DNA from: Alistipes sp. | GTDB lineage: Bacteria > Bacteroidota > Bacteroidia > Bacteroidales > Rikenellaceae | Direction of reading: 5' to 3' | Assembly: GCA_045127275.1 (NCBI GenBank) | Contig: JBGVPZ010000015.1 | Coordinates: 28,066 to 92,065, forward strand | Length of the DNA stretch: 64,000 nt | Shown: piece by piece, positions 39,901 through 49,937 of the stretch | Layout of the letters: each line of letters starts with the position of its first letter | Position numbering within the stretch: the stretch's first letter is position 1 | Made by a program: the position numbers and the translations under genes | The notes under the pieces: model-generated | Database searches by the model: none | Seen by the model: the letters and a program-made list of their open reading frames with translations, nothing else | Told to the model about the DNA's origin: nothing

Positions 39901-40442
39901 CAACGGGCATCATCACCAAGCACATCAAGCTCAATTTCAAATCGTTCTGCACGCGCTATGCCAAATTCTCCAAGCAGATGGCTGCGCTGTTGAACGACTT
40001 TACGCAGGAGCAGATTGCCACTATTGAATCGGCAACCGAGACGACGCTGGAGCTTGCCGGAGAACAGATCACGGTGACCCCGGCCGACTTCATCATCACG
40101 TCGGAGGATATGCCGGGTTGGCAGGTTGCTTCGGAGGGTACGCTGACCGTGGCGCTCGACGTCACGATCACCCCCGAGCTCAAACGTGAGGGTGTCGCTC
40201 GCGAGTTGGTGAACCGCATCCAGAACATCCGCAAGGATGCCGATTTCAGCATCACGGACAAGATTCGCGTGGAGATCGAGCCGATTGAGGGTGTCGAGGA
40301 TTCGCTCGCCACATGGGCCGACTTCATCGGACAACAGACGCTGGCCGTCGAGGTGAAAGCCGTTGCCGAGCCTGCAGGTGAGGTGGTCGTAGCCAGCGAT
40401 CTGGACGAGATGCCGCTCAAGATTGCCGTTTCGCGCCTCTAA
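36957..40442 (+). CDS. ileS: Isoleucine--tRNA ligase (type 2)
   Basis: EGPPSANGMPGIHH, GWDTHGLP, AWTTTPWTLP, KMSKR; no C-terminal Zn finger. Confidence 0.97.
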   Translation: MKFNEYKGLDLAKIADEVLARWDEQHTFEKSLSTREGHPSFVFFEGPPSANGMPGIHHVMARTIKDVFCRYKTQQGFQVQRKAGWDTHGLPVELGVEKKLGITKEDIGRKISIEEYNRACREAVMEFTGVWEDLTRKMGYWVNMQDPYITYDNKYIETLWWMLKQLFEKGLLYKGYTIQPYSPAAGTGLSTHELNQPGCYRDVKDTTMVAQFKMVDPKPEMTAWGTPYFIAWTTTPWTLPSNTALCVGPKIDYVAVQSYNGYTGEKITVVLAKALLYNHFNKKAEGLALEEYKPGDKLIPFRVVGEYKGTDLVGMRYEQLIPWVKPVEMISDKQWQVASEKAFRVIPGDYVTTEDGTGIVHIAPTFGADDAQVARAAGVPALYMINKRGETRPMVDLTGKFYLTEELDEDFVEQCIDTALYADYAGRYVKNAYDPQFNPGGKYDEQAAAAAETLDVYIAIRLKEQMKAFKIEKHVHNYPHCWRTDKPVLYYPLDSWFIRSTAMKERMMTLNETIKWKPESTGTGRFGKWLENLNDWNLSRSRFWGTPLPIWATEDRSEIRCIGSIEELMGEIEKSIEAGLMTENPYKNFVVGDMSKENYSTERIDLHRPYVDQIVLTSSKGEPMRREADLIDVWFDSGAMPYAQRHYPFENQENFGSLFPADFVAEGVDQTRGWFFTLHALATMLFDSVAFKNIISNGLVLDKNGNKMSKRLGNAVDPFEVLAGYGADATRWYMISNSQPWDNLKFDVEGVKEVRNKFFGTLYNTYSFFALYANIDGFTGREEEVPVAQRPEIDRWILSELNTLIRRVTEYLEDYDPTPAARAIQEFVDRNLSNWYVRLNRKRFWAGEMTQDKLAAYQTLYTCLETIVKLAAPFAPFISDRIFTDLNAVSGRHAECSVHIADFPKVDDALINADLEAMMGIAQQVTSMTLALRRKVSIKVRQPLQKIMIPVLDPAMARHIEAVKTLVENEVNVKDIELLHDTTGIITKHIKLNFKSFCTRYAKFSKQMAALLNDFTQEQIATIESATETTLELAGEQITVTPADFIITSEDMPGWQVASEGTLTVALDVTITPELKREGVARELVNRIQNIRKDADFSITDKIRVEIEPIEGVEDSLATWADFIGQQTLAVEVKAVAEPAGEVVVASDLDEMPLKIAVSRL

Positions 40443-40553
40443 AAGGGGTGCGAGCGGCACAATATCGCGTGCCCGAATACGTTATTTTAGCGAAAAATTT
40501 GGTTATTTGCCAAAAAGTGCTTAATTTTACAAATAACCTAAAGCGAAAAAGTT

Positions 40554-40934
40554 ATGGCAGAGGAGAGAACCCGTTACAGCGACGCTGAACTCGAGGAGTT
40601 TAAGCAGCTGATCCTGAAGAAGCTGGAGAGTGCGCGCGCCGATTACGAGCTGCTGCACGCAACCATCACGCATGCCTCGGGCAATGACATCGAAGATACG
40701 TCACCGACCTATAAGGTGCTCGAAGAGGGTGCTGCGACGCTTTCGAAGGAGGAGAATGGCCGCTTGGCCATGCACCAGATGAAGTTTATCCGCAACCTGG
40801 AGATGGCATTGGTGCGTATCGAGAATAAGACCTACGGCATCTGCAAGACGACCGGGAAACTGATCCCGAAGGAGCGTCTGATGAAGGTACCCCACGCTAC
40901 GGAGTGCATCGAGGCCAAGATGGCCAAGAAATAA
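40554..40934 (+). CDS. TraR/DksA family transcriptional regulator
   Basis: Coiled coil plus ALVRIENKTYGIC..TG..IPKERL..VPHA..CI; follows ileS as in Bacteroidota. Confidence 0.9.
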   Translation: MAEERTRYSDAELEEFKQLILKKLESARADYELLHATITHASGNDIEDTSPTYKVLEEGAATLSKEENGRLAMHQMKFIRNLEMALVRIENKTYGICKTTGKLIPKERLMKVPHATECIEAKMAKK

Positions 40935-40963
40935 AATCCTCAAGGGAGGGGTAACATCACACC

Positions 40964-40994
40964 AAGGGCTGTCCAATACACGGGACAGCCCCTT
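40964..40994 (+). terminator. Intrinsic terminator (same hairpin family as 906 and 27309)
   Basis: aagggctgtcc-aatacac-gggacagcccc followed by a T-run. Confidence 0.75.
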
Positions 40995-41109
40995 TTTTTG
41001 AATTGGGTAACGAGTGTGCCAACACCTCTACTACCCTTACAATCCTACTTACTACCAATTAGAAAGTAAAGAGGCCTCCTCAACAATCTTGTGAGAAGGC
41101 CTCTTTAGA

Positions 41110-41186
41110 TGGTGATCACGGAGCGGCTCGAACGCTCGACCGGCAGCTTAGAAGGCTGCTGCTCTATCCAACTGAGCTACGTGACC
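41110..41186 (-). tRNA. tRNA-Arg(TCT)
   Basis: GGTCACGTAGCTCAGTTGGATAGAGC...GCAGC-CT-TCT-AA-GCTGC...GTTCGAGCC...CGTGATCACCA. Confidence 0.95.
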
Positions 41187-41265
41187 ATCGCTTTTGCGGC
41201 GCAAAAATAGTAAAAATTATTGTATCCGGAAAATCTTTTCGCCTCAAACCCAACAATTCACCCCC

Positions 41266-42999
41266 TTACCAACGGAAATCGCCCTGCCATTCGGTGCGGT
41301 TGCCGGCTCCATCGGTAACAACCAAGACGGCACGATGCAAAAGTCCCTCTGCAGGACGATCCATGTGCCACACCAAAATGCCGCGGCTCGGATAGCGATC
41401 GCAAGGTACCCACTCCCCGTCGATCGTCAAGACCCATTTGCTCACTCCCGAAAAGTTATCCTCAACCTTGAAAGTAAGCTGTTTCGAGGCCGAAAGATTA
41501 CTCTGAGGCGTAAAGCGTGGCTCAATGGTCGGGGGCAGCGTATCGGCGACGATAAACCAATCGCCCACCGTCCGTGTCGAGACTGAAACGGCCCCATCCG
41601 CATAGCTTCCACCGGCCAAAGCCGCCTTGCCACGCCAATTACGCACAGCAATCATCGCCTTATTTTGCAACGATTGCGGAATGGGCGCACGCAGCGTAAT
41701 ATGCATCGGTTTGAAGAGTGGCGTGCGCACCTCCTCGAAGAGTCGATAGGCCGGCGAAAGCACCACGACACCCGAATCCACAGGAGCCACCTCACCAGCC
41801 ATAGGACGCACGTAGGTGGATTCGTAGAGCGCATCGGCCGGCAGAGTTGCCTCGAAGGCCGTACCTAGGCGATAGTGGCTCGTAAACTCCTGAAAGGCGG
41901 GTTGCGCCAACGAATCGGTCGGTGGGGCTGCAACGAACGCATCCTCACGACCCAAAACACGGAATTGGAGCGTGGAGCAATTACCACAATCATCCTCGAT
42001 TTCAAGGGCTATAGTATGTTGTTCACCGGGCAGCGTGCGGATCAGTCCCCGCTCGATGAGCGTCGGATAGAAACGTTCGGGAGCGCCCGCGAGTTGCGCC
42101 AGACGAATCACCTCGTTACGTGAACCTAGCTGCAAGGCGTAGCAGCTCACCGCATCGCACGTGCGCGAAAGGGCATACGGAAAGCTATCCATGCGGTACT
42201 CGAAATAGGGCTTCTGATCGACCGAGGCGGTCACACGCCATACCGAGAAGGTGTTATAGACCTCGTTGCGGCGATCGGTCACCTCGACCACAAAATAACC
42301 CTTACGCCCCACCGGAAGGGGTTCTTGGCGGGTCAAGCGATAGAGTCCGTCGGCCGATTTGACCACCGCATAGCTCTCCATCGGACGGCGTCGAACAATG
42401 CCGCAATCAAGCGTGTCAATCTCGACATAGTGCAACTTCATGAAACGGGGTGATAGCGTATCCTTCGGGCGAATGATCCCCTCGCGGACCATGTTGATGC
42501 GTTCTTGATCCTTGCCGCGTCGAATCTCATAGTGCAGGTGGGGACCCGACGACGAGCCACTGTTACCGGCATAGCCCAACAACTCGCCCGCCACCACCGG
42601 ATAGCGCGCGGCATCGAACCACAGATCCACGCTGTTGGAGCGGCGGCGGTAACGTTCGCGTTGCATGTGCGCCTCCAGATCGTCGCGGAAACGTTGCATG
42701 TGACCATAGACGATTGTCGTGCCATCAGGCAACGAGAGATAGACCGCACGGCCATAACCTCCGGCCTGCACCACGATCCGGCTGATATAGCCATCGGCTG
42801 CTGCCACCAAGCGTTTGCCCTCTACTCCATCGGTTTTAATGTCGATACCTGCATGAAAATGGTCCGGACGTATCTCTCCGAAATTAGCCGCATAGAGCCG
42901 AGCGACCTCCTCGACCGGGAAACGATAGGCGGTAGTAGCCTCCTGCGCCGCAGCAAAGGGGGCAAAGAAAAAGAAAAACAAAATTAAAAATCGTCGCAT
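41266..42999 (-). CDS. M23 family metallopeptidase
   Basis: Signal peptide; HFHAGIDI, YGHM, GNSGSSSGPHLHYEIR. Confidence 0.9.
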   Translation of the reverse strand: MRRFLILFFFFFAPFAAAQEATTAYRFPVEEVARLYAANFGEIRPDHFHAGIDIKTDGVEGKRLVAAADGYISRIVVQAGGYGRAVYLSLPDGTTIVYGHMQRFRDDLEAHMQRERYRRRSNSVDLWFDAARYPVVAGELLGYAGNSGSSSGPHLHYEIRRGKDQERINMVREGIIRPKDTLSPRFMKLHYVEIDTLDCGIVRRRPMESYAVVKSADGLYRLTRQEPLPVGRKGYFVVEVTDRRNEVYNTFSVWRVTASVDQKPYFEYRMDSFPYALSRTCDAVSCYALQLGSRNEVIRLAQLAGAPERFYPTLIERGLIRTLPGEQHTIALEIEDDCGNCSTLQFRVLGREDAFVAAPPTDSLAQPAFQEFTSHYRLGTAFEATLPADALYESTYVRPMAGEVAPVDSGVVVLSPAYRLFEEVRTPLFKPMHITLRAPIPQSLQNKAMIAVRNWRGKAALAGGSYADGAVSVSTRTVGDWFIVADTLPPTIEPRFTPQSNLSASKQLTFKVEDNFSGVSKWVLTIDGEWVPCDRYPSRGILVWHMDRPAEGLLHRAVLVVTDGAGNRTEWQGDFRW

Positions 43000-43490
43000 G
43001 AATCCTCTTCTGTTGGTAGTTGAATCTGGTCTATCACCTCGCGCACCTGCTCAAATTCGTACCCCAACGAAAGGCCGTAGCGAAAAAGTTTATTACGCAA
43101 CTCGTAGCCGTTTTTGGCCTTCGTAGTGCGGAGCTTGCGCTGCAACTGTTCGCGCAGCCGCTCTCCCATCCGATCTCGATCGAGCCCCTCCAATGCCTCA
43201 TCGATCAGCTCCCGCGCGATCTCTTTGCGATGCAGCGCCGTCCGAATCTTATAGACGCCCCAGCCGCTCAAATGGAGTTTCTCGCGCACGAACATGGCCG
43301 CATAACGCCGATCGTCTATAAAACGCTCACGCACAAGGCGTTCCAGCACCTTCGCAGCCTCCCCGTCGGCAACACCCCAACGGCGCAACAGACGTCGCGC
43401 GTCCCCCTCGCACTTCTCGGCACGGGCACACAGACGCATGAGTGCAGCGAGTGCCTGCTCGGCTGTTTTGGTGCGGGGCTTGGTCTCCAT
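42984..43490 (-). CDS. recX: Regulatory protein RecX
   Basis: LCARAEKC, FIDDRRYA, GWGVYKI; start ATG overlaps the prmC stop (TAATG). Confidence 0.9.
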   Translation of the reverse strand: METKPRTKTAEQALAALMRLCARAEKCEGDARRLLRRWGVADGEAAKVLERLVRERFIDDRRYAAMFVREKLHLSGWGVYKIRTALHRKEIARELIDEALEGLDRDRMGERLREQLQRKLRTTKAKNGYELRNKLFRYGLSLGYEFEQVREVIDQIQLPTEEDSCDDF

Positions 43491-44350
43491 TAGCGTTTTT
43501 TTTGGCAACATAGCATACGCGGTTTATCAAACAAATCACGACGAACCGTCACCGCCTCATAATCCAACTCACACAAAAGCTGTTCCAGGCTGTCGGCCGC
43601 CTTGTGATAGATCTCAAAATAGAGTTTTCCGCCCGGTTTGAGCAGTTGTTGTGCCGCTTGAGCGATGGCACGGTAGAAACGGAGCGAATCCTGATCTGGG
43701 ACAAAAAGGGCTAAATGCGGCTCATAGTCCAGCACATTGCGGTGCATGGTCAGCCGATCCGAGTCCGGCACATAGGGCGGATTGGAGACGATCAGATCGA
43801 ACGCCTCTACCGCAAAGCGATGCTCTAACCCCTGCAGGGCATCGGCCTCCACAAAGCGCACCGAAGCACCCAAACGGGCAGCATTTTCAGCCGCCAAAGT
43901 CAGCGCATCGGCGGAGAGGTCAATGGCTGTCACCTCAGCCTGCGGCAATTCGAGAGCCAACGAGACGGCAATCGCACCACTGCCGGTCCCGACATCGAGC
44001 AAGCGGGTTGCCTGTCGTTCATCACGCACGATCCAATCGACCAACTCCTCGGTCTCGGGGCGAGGAATCAGTACCCGCTCATCGACCCGAAACGATCGGC
44101 CGTAAAACTCCGTCTCACCCAACAGATACTGCATCGGACGCGCCGCACGCAACTCCCGACACAGGTTCTCGACCGCCTCATCCGTGATCTCAATCGGATA
44201 GTCGGGCTCTATTTTCAACCGCAGGGGATTCTCGCTCACGTGGGCAACCGAAGCGGCCAAATGGAGTGCAATATGGGCCGCTTCACGCTCGTCGTAGTAC
44301 GTAGAGGCAGCCGCATAGAGGGTCTGAATAAGCTGTTGCGCCTTCATCAT
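43490..44350 (-). CDS. prmC: Release factor glutamine methyltransferase
   Basis: PMQYLLG, VLIPRPETEELV, LDVGTGSGAIA, SNPPY. Confidence 0.95.
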   Translation of the reverse strand: MMKAQQLIQTLYAAASTYYDEREAAHIALHLAASVAHVSENPLRLKIEPDYPIEITDEAVENLCRELRAARPMQYLLGETEFYGRSFRVDERVLIPRPETEELVDWIVRDERQATRLLDVGTGSGAIAVSLALELPQAEVTAIDLSADALTLAAENAARLGASVRFVEADALQGLEHRFAVEAFDLIVSNPPYVPDSDRLTMHRNVLDYEPHLALFVPDQDSLRFYRAIAQAAQQLLKPGGKLYFEIYHKAADSLEQLLCELDYEAVTVRRDLFDKPRMLCCQKKR

Positions 44351-44361
44351 AGATTAGGGTG

Positions 44362-45342
44362 TTAGGCGCGTAAATAGAGTTCAGCCAACGCAATCGCAGC
44401 CACGGCCTCCACCACGACTTGTCCGCGCAACGCCACACAAGCATCGTGGCGGCCTCGGATCTGCAACGGCTCGACGATACCGCTGGCCCGATTGAAGGTC
44501 ATCTGCTCACGGGCGATACTTGGCGTAGGTTTCATCGCTACGCGTACCACGATCGGATTACCACTCGTGATGCCGCCATCAATGCCTCCGGCATGGTTGG
44601 TGGCTGTCGTACCTTGTGCGTCGATGATCAGATCGTTATTCTCCGATCCACGACGTGAGGCTACAGCAAAGCCATCGCCAAACTCGACCCCCTTCACCGC
44701 CGGAATGGCAAAGAGCAGGTGGGCCATCCACCCCTCCACCGAGTCGAACAACGGCTCACCCCAGCCGCTACCAACCCCCTCGACACGGGTCTCGATAATG
44801 CCGCCCACCGAGTCACCCTCGGCACGCGCTGCGGCAATCACTTCGTCAAAACGTTCCGGGCACTGCTCCGCGCCAACGGCACAGAGTCGTGTAGCGAACG
44901 ATACGCCCTCGGGCAGGATCTTCTTGGCCACCACACCGGCAGCCACCAGCGCTACGGTCAGGCGGGCCGAGAAGTGGCCACCCCCTCGCGGATCGTTGAA
45001 CCCGTGATACTTATCCGTAGCCACCCGATCGGCATGCGACGGGCGGCAATGGTCGCGCAACCCCGCATAGTCTTGCGAGAGCGTATTGTTATTCTCAAAC
45101 AAAATGGTCAGCGGAGCACCCGTCGTATGGCCCTCATAGAGCCCCGAAAGGATCGTCGGCCGATCCGCCTCGCTGCGCGGTGTAGTCCCCGCTGCTCCCC
45201 CACGACGACGCGCCAAATCGACTTCAAAATCCTCCGTTGAGAGGGGTATGCCGGCCGGAACACCATCCAGGGTAATACCGACTGCCGGCCCATGAGATTC
45301 GCCAAAGATGGCCAATCGAAAAGCGTGACCGAATTGATTCAT
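44362..45342 (-). CDS. aroC: Chorismate synthase
   Basis: FGESHG, RPSHAD, GGGHFSAR, KPTPSI, GRHDAC. Confidence 0.95.
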   Translation of the reverse strand: MNQFGHAFRLAIFGESHGPAVGITLDGVPAGIPLSTEDFEVDLARRRGGAAGTTPRSEADRPTILSGLYEGHTTGAPLTILFENNNTLSQDYAGLRDHCRPSHADRVATDKYHGFNDPRGGGHFSARLTVALVAAGVVAKKILPEGVSFATRLCAVGAEQCPERFDEVIAAARAEGDSVGGIIETRVEGVGSGWGEPLFDSVEGWMAHLLFAIPAVKGVEFGDGFAVASRRGSENNDLIIDAQGTTATNHAGGIDGGITSGNPIVVRVAMKPTPSIAREQMTFNRASGIVEPLQIRGRHDACVALRGQVVVEAVAAIALAELYLRA

Positions 45343-45348
45343 GGTTGA

Positions 45349-46596
45349 TTATTTTACGCGGATTCGCTCCAAATCTTCAAAAAAGGTCGGATAGCTCTTG
45401 GCGACACACTCCGCCCCCTCAACGATCACCTCTCCATCGGAGAGCAGTCCGGCAACAGCCAGCGACATGGCCATGCGGTGGTCGTTGTGGCTATCGACAC
45501 GTCCCGAGCGGATCTGTCCGCCCTGAATACGCATCACATTCTCCTGCTCGATATCGACCTCGATGCCGAGTTTCGTAAACTCCGAACGGATTGCCTCAGC
45601 ACGATTCGACTCCTTGTGGATCAAGCGATTCGTACCATACAGCACCGTCTCACCCTCGGCCGTGGCCGCCAAAGCCGCCAAAGCCGGGAACAGATCGGGG
45701 CAATGCGTGGCATCGAACTCAAAACCGCACAACTCCCGACGAGCCACCGTGACGGCATGCTCCTCGTTGATGACCGAGGCTCCGGCACGCACCAGCGCAT
45801 CGAGAATAGCCGTATCGGCCTGTTTGGAGAGCATCGAGATATTCTCGACACGCACCTCTCCGGCTACAGCTCCAGCCACAAGCAACATCGCTGCGGCACT
45901 CCAATCCCCCTCGATCGACAGATCAGCAGCCTGATAGCGTTGTCCGCCGGGAATATAAAAGTTCTGATACTCCTTGTGGAAAATTTCGACACCAAAGCGT
46001 GCAGCCGTATCAATCGTCATGTCAAGATAGGGGGTCGAAACTGCCTCTGTAACATGTAGAGTCGTATCCTCTTGGGCCAACGGCAGAGCCAACAGCAGGC
46101 CGGTGATGAATTGGGACGAAATTGACCCATCGACCTCGATCTCACCACCTCGAATCGGGCCACAGACCTCAAAGGGAAGGTGCCCCAGCGTATCGACCAC
46201 CTCCACACCCAAGCGGCGCAGCGGGTCGATCATCATCTGCATGGGACGCTCCAACAACGATCCGGCACCTTCGATACGAATCGGCCGATCGATCAGCGAA
46301 GCAATCGGGGTAAACAGGCGCGAGGCGAGACCCGACTCACCCACCTGCAACCGCACATCGAGCGGACGCAGGCCGCCTTCGATACGGAGCGTCGTGGCAT
46401 CAACCTCCGTCACACGCGCACCCAACGTACGGATGCAACCCAAGGCCGAACGGGTATCCTGACAATAGTCTAAATTGCGCAACGTAGTCACACCTTCGGC
46501 CAGCAATGCACTAGCCAACGCGCGTTGCGCATAGCTCTTCGAGCAAGGGGGAATCAGCGTGCCTTTGACACGCCCGCCTAAGGAACCGTAATCCAT
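45349..46596 (-). CDS. aroA: 3-phosphoshikimate 1-carboxyvinyltransferase (EPSP synthase)
   Basis: SKSYAQR, GESG, SSQFITGLL, KESNR, DHRMAM, KSYP. Confidence 0.95.
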   Translation of the reverse strand: MDYGSLGGRVKGTLIPPCSKSYAQRALASALLAEGVTTLRNLDYCQDTRSALGCIRTLGARVTEVDATTLRIEGGLRPLDVRLQVGESGLASRLFTPIASLIDRPIRIEGAGSLLERPMQMMIDPLRRLGVEVVDTLGHLPFEVCGPIRGGEIEVDGSISSQFITGLLLALPLAQEDTTLHVTEAVSTPYLDMTIDTAARFGVEIFHKEYQNFYIPGGQRYQAADLSIEGDWSAAAMLLVAGAVAGEVRVENISMLSKQADTAILDALVRAGASVINEEHAVTVARRELCGFEFDATHCPDLFPALAALAATAEGETVLYGTNRLIHKESNRAEAIRSEFTKLGIEVDIEQENVMRIQGGQIRSGRVDSHNDHRMAMSLAVAGLLSDGEVIVEGAECVAKSYPTFFEDLERIRVK

Positions 46597-46599
46597 TGC

Positions 46600-47397
46600 C
46601 TACTCCTCCCCCTCTCTTTTACCGCCGCGCGCCAACATCTCCTGCGTAAGGCGATGGCTCTTCTTCAACTCAAAGTTCTGGCCTAGGTAGAGTTTACGGA
46701 CCATCGGGTCGGCAGCCAACTCCTCAGCCGAACCAGTTTTGAGAATCTTACCCTCATAGAGCAGGTAGGTGCGGTCCGTGATGGCCAGCGTCTCATCGAC
46801 ATTATGGTCCGTGATGATCACTCCGATATTCTTATGCTTGAGCGTAGCGACAATCGACTGAATATCCTCGACGGCAATTGGGTCTACACCGGCAAAGGGC
46901 TCATCCAGCAGGATAAACGAAGGGTTAATGGCCACGGCTCGTGCAATCTCCGTGCGACGACGCTCACCACCTGAGAGCTGATTACCATAACTCTTGCGCA
47001 CCTTCTGCAGGCGAAACTCCTCGATGAGTGACTCGACACGTTCTCGCTGATACTCCTTCGAAAAGGAGGTCATCTCCAACACACCGCGGATATTATCCTC
47101 GACTGAGAGATTGCGGAAGACCGAAGCCTCCTGGGCCAAGTAGCCCACACCCATCTGGGCTCGCTGATAGACCGCTAAATTAGTCAATTCAGAGATCTGA
47201 CCCTCATCATTCTCGAGGAAGATTTGTCCCTCATTGGGCTTGATCAGCCCCACGATCATATAGAAGGTGGTCGTCTTACCCGCACCATTCGGGCCGAGCA
47301 AGCCGACGATCTCACCCTGCTTGACATCAATAGTCACATGGTTTACTACCGTGCGCGATTTATACTTCTTAACAAGTTCGCTTGTAAATAGGCGCAT
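46600..47397 (-). CDS. lptB: LPS export ABC transporter ATP-binding protein
   Basis: GPNGAGKTTTF, YLAQEASVF, LSGGERRR, DEPFAGVDP, TDHNV. Confidence 0.94.
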   Translation of the reverse strand: MRLFTSELVKKYKSRTVVNHVTIDVKQGEIVGLLGPNGAGKTTTFYMIVGLIKPNEGQIFLENDEGQISELTNLAVYQRAQMGVGYLAQEASVFRNLSVEDNIRGVLEMTSFSKEYQRERVESLIEEFRLQKVRKSYGNQLSGGERRRTEIARAVAINPSFILLDEPFAGVDPIAVEDIQSIVATLKHKNIGVIITDHNVDETLAITDRTYLLYEGKILKTGSAEELAADPMVRKLYLGQNFELKKSHRLTQEMLARGGKREGEE

Positions 47398-47495
47398 AAA
47401 AAAGTTTCAATAAATTTTTGACAAAGTTAGGTTTTTTTCGGGAAATTTTTTTATCTTTACATTGAAATTTACGTTTTACGAACAAAACCGGTGAA

Positions 47496-49688
47496 ATGAA
47501 ACACTACGATTCGGCTCTTTTGCATGCCAAGTTGAAGGATTACTTCGGCTTTTCGGCATTTAAGGGAAACCAGGAGGCCGTCATACGAAACGTGTTAGAG
47601 GGTCGAGACACCTTCGTGCTGATGCCGACCGGCGGCGGCAAATCACTTTGCTACCAGATGCCCGCTCTTTTGATGGAGGGGGTGGCTATCGTCATATCGC
47701 CTCTGATCGCCCTGATGAAAAATCAGGTCGATTCGATGCGGGCCTTTTCCGAGACACCCGGCATCGCCCACTTCCTGAACTCTTCGCTCAACAAAACAGC
47801 GGTACAGCAGGTGCGTCAGGATGTGCTCGAGGGCAAGACCAAGCTGCTCTATTTTGCACCCGAGTCGCTCACCAAGGAGGATAATGTCGCCTTCTTGCGC
47901 AAGATCAAAGTTTCATTCTACGCCATTGACGAGGCTCACTGTATCTCGGAGTGGGGTCACGACTTCCGCCCCGAGTATCGTCGTATCCGCCCGATCATCA
48001 ACGAAATCGGCCAGGCACCGCTCATCGCCCTCACGGCTACAGCGACGCCCAAAGTGCAGCTCGACATCCAGAAGAATCTGGGCATGATCGATGCTGCCGT
48101 ATTCCGTTCGTCGTTCAACCGTCCGAACCTCTATTACGAGATTCGCCCCAAGCGCAACGTCGATCACGATATTATCCTCTTCATCAAGCAACACGAAGGC
48201 AAAAGCGGTATCATCTACTGCTTGAGCCGCAAGAAGGTCGAGGAGCTGACCGAGCTGCTCTTGGCTAACAACATCAAGGCACGCGCCTACCATGCCGGCA
48301 TGGATGCCGCCACCCGTGCCTCGAACCAAGATGACTTCTTGATGGAGCGGGTCGATGTGATTGTAGCCACGATTGCCTTCGGTATGGGTATCGACAAACC
48401 CGATGTGCGCTACGTGATCCATTACGACATCCCGAAATCGCTCGAAGGATACTACCAGGAGACCGGTCGTGCCGGTCGCGATGGTGGCGAGGGTCACTGC
48501 CTCACCTTCTATAGTTATAAGGATATTCAGAAACTCGAGAAGTTCATGCACGGCCGTCCGATTGCCGAACAGGAGATTGGCAAACTCTTGTTACTAGAGA
48601 CGGTCTCCTATGCCGAGAGTTCGATGTGCCGTCGCAAGTCGCTCTTGCACTACTTTGGCGAGGAGTACACCGAGGCCAATTGTGGCAGTTGCGACAACTG
48701 CCGCAACCCGCGCCCGAAGATCGAGGTCAAGGCTCAGCTCAAGATGGCTCTGCAGCTGCTCGAAGAGATTGGCGACAAATTCAAGGTGGACCACTTAATT
48801 CAGATCCTGACCGGCAAATTGACCGCCCAGGTGAAGAGCTATGGACACAACAAACTCAAGTGGTTTGGCTTGGGCGAGGAGCAAGACGCCCGCTTCTGGG
48901 GTGCTGTGATGCGCCAAGCTTTGATTTTGGGGCTGATCGACAAGAGCATCGAACACTATGGACTGATCTCGCTCAACAAGCGTGGCGAGCAATTCATCGA
49001 CAAGCCGACCTCGGTGACGATCACCCTCGACCACAACTACGAGGAGGAGGAGAGTGCCGCTGAGCAGGCTGCTGCGATGGGGCGTGGTGGCGTGGCCGAC
49101 GAGGAGCTGTTTGCCATGCTGAAAGATCTGCGCAAGAAGGTCGCCAAGAAGCACGACCTACCCCCGTTTGTCATCTTCCAGGACCCCTCATTGGAGGATA
49201 TGTCGGTACAATACCCTATCACGATCGAGGAGATGCAGAACATCACCGGTGTAGGTGCCGGTAAGGCGCGCAAATTCGGTATGGAGTTTATCCAACTCAT
49301 CAAGGCATACGTCGACGAGAAGGAGATCATCCGTCCGCAGGATATGGTGGTACGCGCCGTAGGTCGTCGCTCGGTGAACAAGATCTTCATCATCCAGTCG
49401 ATCGACCGCAAGATGGATCTGGAGGATATCGCCCGCGCCAAGAACCTCGAATATGACGAGCTGCTGACCGAGATCGAGGCGATCGTCAATTCGGGCACGA
49501 AGCTCGATATCTCCTACTACATCAACCGCGAGATCGACGAGGAGAAGGCCGATGACATCTACCTCTACTTCAAGGAGGATGCCGAGAGCGACTCGATCGA
49601 CGAGGCGATTGACGAGTTGGGTGGCGACTACACCGAGCGAGAGATTCGTCTGGTGCGCATTAAGTTCTTGTGCGAACAAGGCAACTAA
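47496..49688 (+). CDS. recQ: ATP-dependent DNA helicase RecQ
   Basis: MPTGGGKSLCY, DEAHCISEWGHDFRP, QETGRAGRDG, RQC cysteines, HRDC domain. Confidence 0.96.
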   Translation: MKHYDSALLHAKLKDYFGFSAFKGNQEAVIRNVLEGRDTFVLMPTGGGKSLCYQMPALLMEGVAIVISPLIALMKNQVDSMRAFSETPGIAHFLNSSLNKTAVQQVRQDVLEGKTKLLYFAPESLTKEDNVAFLRKIKVSFYAIDEAHCISEWGHDFRPEYRRIRPIINEIGQAPLIALTATATPKVQLDIQKNLGMIDAAVFRSSFNRPNLYYEIRPKRNVDHDIILFIKQHEGKSGIIYCLSRKKVEELTELLLANNIKARAYHAGMDAATRASNQDDFLMERVDVIVATIAFGMGIDKPDVRYVIHYDIPKSLEGYYQETGRAGRDGGEGHCLTFYSYKDIQKLEKFMHGRPIAEQEIGKLLLLETVSYAESSMCRRKSLLHYFGEEYTEANCGSCDNCRNPRPKIEVKAQLKMALQLLEEIGDKFKVDHLIQILTGKLTAQVKSYGHNKLKWFGLGEEQDARFWGAVMRQALILGLIDKSIEHYGLISLNKRGEQFIDKPTSVTITLDHNYEEEESAAEQAAAMGRGGVADEELFAMLKDLRKKVAKKHDLPPFVIFQDPSLEDMSVQYPITIEEMQNITGVGAGKARKFGMEFIQLIKAYVDEKEIIRPQDMVVRAVGRRSVNKIFIIQSIDRKMDLEDIARAKNLEYDELLTEIEAIVNSGTKLDISYYINREIDEEKADDIYLYFKEDAESDSIDEAIDELGGDYTEREIRLVRIKFLCEQGN

Positions 49689-49703
49689 AACGAAAAACGA
49701 AGC

Positions 49704-49937
49704 ATGAAGCTCTCCTTTAATTGGATGCAAATACTGCGGCTTATCGTCATGGTCATTGCCGTGGCAGCCGTAATATACGCCATTGAATATCTTCCCTCAA
49801 GCCCGTTGATGTGGATCTCGGTGGGTTTATTGATTTTGGGCTTTTTGATCCTGCTGTTCACCTTCCGCTCGGTGCAATATCGCCGTCGCAAAGGCGAAGC
49901 CGGGTCGGCCAAACCACTTAAAAAAGGGAGTCGATGA
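49704..49937 (+). CDS. Small two-TM membrane protein, hypothetical
   Basis: 77 aa, two hydrophobic helices and a basic tail; fills the recQ-rsmA gap with an ATGA overlap. Confidence 0.65.
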   Translation: MKLSFNWMQILRLIVMVIAVAAVIYAIEYLPSSPLMWISVGLLILGFLILLFTFRSVQYRRRKGEAGSAKPLKKGSR

